From contig OZ242008.1 of the NCBI GenBank assembly GCA_965204735.1, positions 3,936,001-4,000,000 of the forward strand: a DNA stretch of 64,000 nucleotides. The letters are read 5' to 3'. How positions within the stretch are numbered: the first letter of the stretch is position 1; every line of letters begins with the position of its first letter. The translations under genes and the position numbers were made by a program. Of the stretch, positions 58,811 to 64,000 are shown piece by piece. The notes beneath the pieces are model-generated. The model did not search any database. It worked only from the letters and a program-made list of their open reading frames with translations, and was not told the origin of the DNA. Origin of the DNA: Longimicrobiales bacterium. Lineage in GTDB: Bacteria > Gemmatimonadota > Gemmatimonadetes > Longimicrobiales > Gaopeijiaceae.

Positions 58811-59138
58811 GCGTCCGCCCTGCCTCGCTTTCCCGCTCTCGCCCCCGTCTCTTTTCCACAACCGCCGTCGGTCAATTGTGGAAAACCCCTGTGGAAATGT
58901 CGACAACTCCGAGTATTCCACAACGCGTTCGGCCAAGAACCTCGCATTCCCACAGCTTCATGTGGACACCCCGGCCCGCACTCCGCTTTCCACACTCTCC
59001 TTCCCTTCCGACGGAAGCGCGCGTTTCGGCGGTTCCGAAGCATCTTCTCCACATTTCCACGTCGCCTTACTACGACGAGCCTGTATCTTTAATTTCAAGT
59101 GCTCGGACGAGAACGCCACCCATGCCAGAGACCTCTCC
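58811..59138. other. oriC: oriC (dnaA-dnaN intergenic region)
   Basis: DnaA-box variants at 58852 (TTTTCCACA), 58877 (TGTGGAAAA), 58890 (TGTGGAAAT), 58914 (TATTCCACA), 58946 (ATTCCCACA), 58961 (TGTGGACAC), 58986 (CTTTCCACA), 59045 (TTCTCCACA) and 59053 (ATTTCCACG), then TACTACGACGAG trios and an AT patch at 59084-59098. Confidence 0.9.
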
Positions 59139-60239
59139 ATGAACCTCACCATCACCCGCGAGAACCTCGCCAAGGGCCTCTCCGACGTTGGGACCGTCAT
59201 CCCGACCAAGACGTCCCTCCCCGTGCTCTCCAACGTCCTTCTGGAACCGGGCGACGGCGAGCTCTGGATCACCGGCACCGATCTCGACGTGACGATCCGC
59301 CGCAAGGTCCCGGCCGACACCAAGGAAAGCACTCCAATTACGGCGCCAGGAAAGAAGCTCCAGGAGCTTGCCAGGGAACTCCCGGAACACCCGGTCACCC
59401 TCTCCACGTCGGGGGACCAGCTGGAGGTCGTCTGCGGCCGCAGCCGCTTCAAGCTGAACGGCCTTCCGAGCGACGAGTTCCCGACCTTGCCGGAGGTGGA
59501 CTTCGAGAAGCCGTGGCAGATCAAGGGCGAGGCGCTGATCGAGCTGGTGCAGCGAACGGCGTTTGCCGTGTCCACGGAAGAGAGCCGACCGATCCTCAAC
59601 GGCATGCTCTGGGAACTCAAGGGCGAACAGATGGTGATGGTCGCCACCAACGGCCACCGGTTGGCGCGAATGGCGGTCGCGTGCGATCCCCCGATGGAAG
59701 CGACCGAGAGCCTCATCGTGCCCCCTGTCGCGCTCCATCAGGTGGAGAGACTCTTCGGAGAATCCGAGGACCTGATGGTCGCCCGCAGCGGAAACCACCT
59801 GGGCTTGAAGTCGCAAGAGGCCGAAGTCTACACGCGACTGATCGAGGGCAAGTACCCCAACTACGAGCAGGTGATCCCGAAGGACAACGACAAGGTCGCG
59901 ACGATCGACCAGGAGACGTTGACGGCGGCGGTTCGCCGAATGGCCGTCGTCGCGGCGGAGGCGCCCCACCGCACGAAGCTGCTCTTCGACCCCGACGAGC
60001 TGAGCCTAGGCGTGACGACCCCGGACCTGGGAGAAGCCGCCGACGGCGTCGGGGCAGAGTACAACAGCGCCGCCCTGGAGATCGGATTCAACGCCAAGTA
60101 CCTGCTGGAGGTCGTGCGGAACATGCCGCAAGGCGAAGTTCGCTTCTCCTTCAAGAGCTCGGAGCGGGCGGCGGTCATTCAGCCCGCCGACGACAGCGTG
60201 GACTACCTGTGTCTGATCATGCCCCTGCGGATCGAATAG
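59139..60239 (+). CDS. dnaN: DNA polymerase III beta sliding clamp
   Basis: LPVLSNVL, GTDLD, SRPILNG, VATNGHRLA, RLIEGKYPNY, IGFNAKYL, IMPLR. Confidence 0.97.
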   Translation: MNLTITRENLAKGLSDVGTVIPTKTSLPVLSNVLLEPGDGELWITGTDLDVTIRRKVPADTKESTPITAPGKKLQELARELPEHPVTLSTSGDQLEVVCGRSRFKLNGLPSDEFPTLPEVDFEKPWQIKGEALIELVQRTAFAVSTEESRPILNGMLWELKGEQMVMVATNGHRLARMAVACDPPMEATESLIVPPVALHQVERLFGESEDLMVARSGNHLGLKSQEAEVYTRLIEGKYPNYEQVIPKDNDKVATIDQETLTAAVRRMAVVAAEAPHRTKLLFDPDELSLGVTTPDLGEAADGVGAEYNSAALEIGFNAKYLLEVVRNMPQGEVRFSFKSSERAAVIQPADDSVDYLCLIMPLRIE

Positions 60240-60259
60240 CCGGCGGGACGACCCAAGGG

Positions 60260-60826
60260 TCAGCCGGCGGCGAAGAGTTCCGCGGCAGTGAAGACCGCCC
60301 GGAGTTCGTAGCCGGCTTCCGCCAGCCGCTCGCTCGCGCCCTCTTCCCGATCCACCAGAACAAGCACGCCCAAGATGCGACCGCCTCCGTCTGCGACGAC
60401 CTGGGCCGCCTCCAAGACGCTGCCGCCCGTGGTGATCGTGTCGTCCACCAGCACCACCCGGGCGCCCGAGGCGAAGCCTCCTTCGATGCGGCGGGCGGCG
60501 CCGTGGTCCTTGGCGCGCTTCCGAACCGTGAAGGCGTCGAGGACGAAGCCGCTTCGCGCCGCGTGTCCGGCGACCGCGTAGGCCACCGGGTCGGCGCCGA
60601 GCGTCATCCCGCCCACGAAGTTCGGCTTCCAGCCTGCCTCTGCGATCGCGCGGTGACCGACTTCCCCGACGAGAACCTGACCTTCTCCCGTCATCGTGGT
60701 GGCCCGGGCGTCCACGTACCACTTCGAGCGCCGGCCGCTGGCCAGGGTGAAGCTACCCTTCTTCAGGCTGCGTTCCTGGAGAAGACGGAGGAGCTGCTGG
60801 CGGGAGTTCGGGGTCAAGGAGTCCAT
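60260..60826 (-). CDS. pyrE: Orotate phosphoribosyltransferase
   Basis: FTLASGRRSKWYVD, GADP, RKRAKDHG, VDDTITTGGS, VDREEG. Confidence 0.95.
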   Translation of the reverse strand: MDSLTPNSRQQLLRLLQERSLKKGSFTLASGRRSKWYVDARATTMTGEGQVLVGEVGHRAIAEAGWKPNFVGGMTLGADPVAYAVAGHAARSGFVLDAFTVRKRAKDHGAARRIEGGFASGARVVLVDDTITTGGSVLEAAQVVADGGGRILGVLVLVDREEGASERLAEAGYELRAVFTAAELFAAG

Positions 60827-60880
60827 GGGACGAAAAGGTACTTGCTGGCGGAGCAGTGGACGACCGCTCGGCTTCCGGCC

Positions 60881-61864
60881 ATGGTCGGGTTGCTGCTTCT
60901 GACGGCGTGCGGAGACGGCTCCGTGGATCCGGGAACGCTGCACTTCGGACAGGTCGGAGAGGTCGAGGTGCGGGTCGCGACCCCGCTGAACGGCGCCATC
61001 GGCCGGCAGCGGCAGCAGTTGACATGGGAATCCAGCGGTGCCTGGCAGCTCTTTGAGGAGATCAGATACCAAGGGGTGGTGGGGGACGACACGACGACGC
61101 CGAACCCGGGCGTTCCCGAGCTCTTCGCTTCCTCCTACGCATCGTTCATCAACGGCGTCAATACGGATGTGGGCTGGCGACTCATCAACGTCGAAGGCCT
61201 GGACCCCTCCGACCGACCGCTGGAGTGCGCCGAAACCGAAAGCCAGCTGAGCTTGTCGATTCGAGACGGCGGGAGAAACGAGACGGCGACTTGGTCTCGA
61301 TGCGCGGCCGGCACGCTGAGGTCGCTGCGCGTTCGATCGGGAGAACGGGACAACACCGCGGCGCGTGTGATCCAGGCCGTGATCATCATGCGCAACCTGA
61401 CGATCGGCGAAGTGGACGAAACCTACGCCTACACCGGCAGCTGGCCCTTCGCCACCGTCGAGAAAGGCGACGAGACCGGCTTGGCGCTCGACCAGCCTCG
61501 CGTCTTCCGTTCGACCGACGGCTTCGGGCGCCACATCCCGCCGCCCGACTGGGACTCGGTCTGGACACGTCACTCGAGAGGGGCGCGGGAGCCGCCGGAG
61601 GTGGACTGGACAACCCAAATGGTGCTGATGGCCGCAATCGGCACGCGGCAGGAATCCGGGGACTCCGTGGAGGTTCGTCGCGTGCTGCATCTGGGCGCCG
61701 AGCGGGGCACCGAGATCAAGATCGTGGAGCGGGTTCCGGGCAACTTCTGCGCCCCCGTGCACAAGGTCGTGCGGCCGTTCCACATCGTCGTGGCGCCGAG
61801 AGCGCCGGCGCCGGTTTTCTTCTCCGAGCTCCAGGTGGAAAGATCGCCTTGCGGCGGTACGTGA
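60881..61864 (+). CDS. Lipoprotein with PrcB C-terminal-like domain
   Basis: Lipobox LLTAC and a C-terminal PPEVDW..MVL...G...VEV...PG..C....PFHIV pattern. Alternative TTG start at 60842. Confidence 0.7.
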   Translation: MVGLLLLTACGDGSVDPGTLHFGQVGEVEVRVATPLNGAIGRQRQQLTWESSGAWQLFEEIRYQGVVGDDTTTPNPGVPELFASSYASFINGVNTDVGWRLINVEGLDPSDRPLECAETESQLSLSIRDGGRNETATWSRCAAGTLRSLRVRSGERDNTAARVIQAVIIMRNLTIGEVDETYAYTGSWPFATVEKGDETGLALDQPRVFRSTDGFGRHIPPPDWDSVWTRHSRGAREPPEVDWTTQMVLMAAIGTRQESGDSVEVRRVLHLGAERGTEIKIVERVPGNFCAPVHKVVRPFHIVVAPRAPAPVFFSELQVERSPCGGT

Positions 61865-61865
61865 A

Positions 61866-63359
61866 ATGCTGACGCTTCGCAACCGATTCGCCGTCCTCTT
61901 CGTGACCTTTGCGGTGCTGATCAGCGTATTGGTGGGTTGGCTGGCGTGGAGCACGGCCCGGCAGATACTCGCAAACGAGATCAACGACAAGCACGAAAAG
62001 GCCACGAGGTTGATCGCTCATGGGGTCCGGGCCGAAGACATAGTCGACTACCGGCCCGGGTACGAACGGCTGGAGCTGTGGCAGACGCGGCAACGCGAGC
62101 TGGACCAGCATCGGAACGCAGGCGATGTGGCGGCGGCCCACTTCTTCTCGTGGAAGCCAGGAGCCGCCATAGCCGAGGCGCTCGTGACCGACCGGTCCGA
62201 CATCCTTCCCGGAGACCCGCTGCCCTGGGTACGCGCGTACCCAAGCGAGCTGAGCCAGGCCTACGAACAAGGATGGGCCGCGACCCCTCGCGCCGTAGGC
62301 GACAACGGCCGGTTCTACAAGTGGGCAATTCGAAGGCTCCCGAGCCGAGGAACGACGCACGCGGCCGGAGCTGGCGGGGCGATCTCCGAAGAGGGCGTCT
62401 TCCTGGCCGTGAGAATGCCTGCAAACTACGACGAGCCGTTGGCCGCGCTCAGTCGCAGAATTCTTGAACTCTCGTTGCTCATGAGCGTCTTGGCGGGCTT
62501 GGTGGGCTGGAAGATCGCGGGTTGGATCGTCTCTCGCCTGGAGAACCTGAGCCGGGCGGCGCTGCGCATTCAAAGAGGGTGGATGGACGAGCCTGTGCCG
62601 GTCACGGGAGACGACGAGATCAGTCGGCTCGCCCGGGCCATGGAGCGGATGAGGGCTGGAATTCAGCGTCGCGACGAGCAGCTGCGGCTGATGCTCTCGC
62701 GAGTCGCCCACGAGATCCGCAACCCGCTGGGGGGGCTGGAGCTCTTCGCGTCGGCCGCGCAGGACGCGGAAGACCCGGACGAGCGTCGGGCGATGCTGGG
62801 CAAGATCCGGAAGGAAGTCCTGGGGCTCAACGAGATCATCGAAGAGTTCCTCGGCTTTGGCCAGCCGGCCCAGGCAAAGCCGACCCTTCACGACGTCCGT
62901 CAGCCCTTGGCCGACGCGACGGCTTTGGCCGAGGCGGAGATGGCCAAGAAGGGCGGCCGTCTGCACGTCGAAGTGCCTCCGCGGCCCCTCCTCGCGGTTG
63001 CGGACCCTGCGCAGGTGAAGCGCCTCGTGCTGAACTTGGTTCGAAACGCGGCCGACGCGGGCCGCACGGTCTGGGTGGAGAGCGCCATGGTGAACGGGGA
63101 AGTGCGGATAGTGGTTCGCGACGACGGCCCGGGCGTGGCCCCCGAGCTGCAAGACCGGATATTCGAGCCGTTCGTGAGCGACAAGGAAAAGGGTGCAGGG
63201 CTCGGGCTGGCCATCGTCAAGGAAATTGCCGACACGAGTCGGGGCCGGGTGGAGCTGATTCGCCCGCCGCCCGCCGGCGACGGCCCAGCGGGTGCCGAGT
63301 TCCACGTGTACCTTCGGGGTCCGGAGACCTTGCCGGTCGGCGAAGGGAACGGTCGATGA
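61866..63359 (+). CDS. Membrane sensor histidine kinase (HAMP-HisKA-HATPase)
   Basis: Two TM helices, DEISRLA HAMP, AHEIRNPL, NLVRNA, DDGPG, FEPF, GAGLGL. Confidence 0.94.
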   Translation: MLTLRNRFAVLFVTFAVLISVLVGWLAWSTARQILANEINDKHEKATRLIAHGVRAEDIVDYRPGYERLELWQTRQRELDQHRNAGDVAAAHFFSWKPGAAIAEALVTDRSDILPGDPLPWVRAYPSELSQAYEQGWAATPRAVGDNGRFYKWAIRRLPSRGTTHAAGAGGAISEEGVFLAVRMPANYDEPLAALSRRILELSLLMSVLAGLVGWKIAGWIVSRLENLSRAALRIQRGWMDEPVPVTGDDEISRLARAMERMRAGIQRRDEQLRLMLSRVAHEIRNPLGGLELFASAAQDAEDPDERRAMLGKIRKEVLGLNEIIEEFLGFGQPAQAKPTLHDVRQPLADATALAEAEMAKKGGRLHVEVPPRPLLAVADPAQVKRLVLNLVRNAADAGRTVWVESAMVNGEVRIVVRDDGPGVAPELQDRIFEPFVSDKEKGAGLGLAIVKEIADTSRGRVELIRPPPAGDGPAGAEFHVYLRGPETLPVGEGNGR

Positions 63360-64000
63360 GCGCGATGAAGCAAGTGTTGATCATCGACGATCACGACTCG
63401 ATGCGAACCGGTCTAGAGCTCCTCCTCCGGCGCCGTGGTCATGCGACGATGTCGGCGGAAGGTGGAGAAGAAGGTCTGCGGCTCCTGGAAGAGCGAGGGG
63501 CGGACCTGATCATCACCGATCTGAAGATGGCGCAGGTGGACGGGATGGAAGTGCTCGAGCAAGTCAAGAAGACTTCGCCCGAGACCGAAGTCCTGGTGAT
63601 CACGGCCCACGGCAACATCGAAACCGCCGTCAAGGCGATGAAGCTGGGCGCGTGCGACTTCATTACCAAGCCGTTTCGCTCGGAGGAGTTCGCCATCAAG
63701 GTGAACCGCATCCTCAAGGAGCGAGAGGAGCGGCTTCGCCTCCAGCAAGAGAACATGGCGCTGCGCGTCGAGAACACGTACTTGCGCAGCGAGGCCGAGG
63801 CCGCCGGCACGCCGTACGGTGAAATGGTCGGCAACTCCCAGGGAATGCGGCGCATCCAGCGGTTCGTGGAACGAGTGGCCCGGTCGGACTCGACGGTGAT
63901 GGTCTACGGCGAGTCGGGAACCGGCAAGGAGCTTGTGGCGCGGGCAATCCATGCTCGCTCGCCGCGCCACCGAGGACCCTTCATAAGAGTCAACTGCGGC
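63356..64000 (+). CDS. Sigma54-dependent response regulator (NtrC/AtoC family), truncated by the window end
   Basis: Manual translation: VLIIDD, ITDLKM, ITAHG, FITKPF, GESGTGKELVARAIH, FIRVNC. ATGA overlap with the kinase. Confidence 0.94.
   Translation, partial: MSAMKQVLIIDDHDSMRTGLELLLRRRGHATMSAEGGEEGLRLLEERGADLIITDLKMAQVDGMEVLEQVKKTSPETEVLVITAHGNIETAVKAMKLGACDFITKPFRSEEFAIKVNRILKEREERLRLQQENMALRVENTYLRSEAEAAGTPYGEMVGNSQGMRRIQRFVERVARSDSTVMVYGESGTGKELVARAIHARSPRHRGPFIRVNCG

Noticed and set aside
59099..60880. Long N-terminal extension of the 921-aa ORF 59099..61864
   Set aside because: It overlaps dnaN out of frame and pyrE antisense. Only the part from the lipobox onward looks real.
63299..63314. 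AGTTCCACGTGTACCT parS-like sequence in the kinase gene
   Set aside because: The right arm has several mismatches and it is explained by the coding sequence (EFHVYL).
1..64000. rRNA, tRNA, riboswitch, IS element, prophage
   Set aside because: None was recognisable by eye. A covariance-model search would be needed to exclude small ncRNAs in the larger spacers (16469-16811, 41716-41967, 50289-51321).

Overview
A very GC-rich bacterial chromosomal window containing the replication origin. The gene set and style suggest Gemmatimonadota, possibly host- or sponge-associated (inference, not verified). The right third is the canonical origin cluster: parA/parB with two parS sites, mnmG, mnmE, yidC, yidD, rnpA, rpmH, dnaA, oriC (DnaA boxes, DnaA-trios, AT patch) and dnaN, then pyrE and a lipoprotein/histidine kinase/sigma54-regulator operon cut by the window edge. 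rsmG is missing from its usual slot. Left of the origin most genes are on the minus strand: an M23-bactofilin-Nif3 block continuing the parAB operon, an M14 peptidase, an orphan C5 DNA methyltransferase with a 76-aa ORF coupled to lipA-pdhABC-(amidohydrolase)-lpdA, a GT-C glycosyltransferase, ispH, fxsA, an M42 peptidase, GAF/MBL genes, a fused GlcD-GlcE with GlcF, an M20 peptidase, a basic nucleoid-protein-like gene, NSAR/OSBS, a stand-alone MshEN-PilB ATPase, a TAXI-TRAP transporter, mutY, ETF-QO with a double-CDGSH protein, and several exported hydrolases. I found no rRNA, tRNA, CRISPR array, transposase or integrase. The most interesting candidates are: a restriction-modification relic whose endonuclease appears reduced to an in-frame stub coupling into lipA; a possible new nucleoid-associated or silencer protein; a three-cysteine ETF-QO paired with a CDGSH protein; parABS co-transcribed with an M23-bactofilin module; and a DnaA with an altered recognition motif beside non-canonical DnaA boxes. 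All calls come from motif recognition by eye; no database searches were run.
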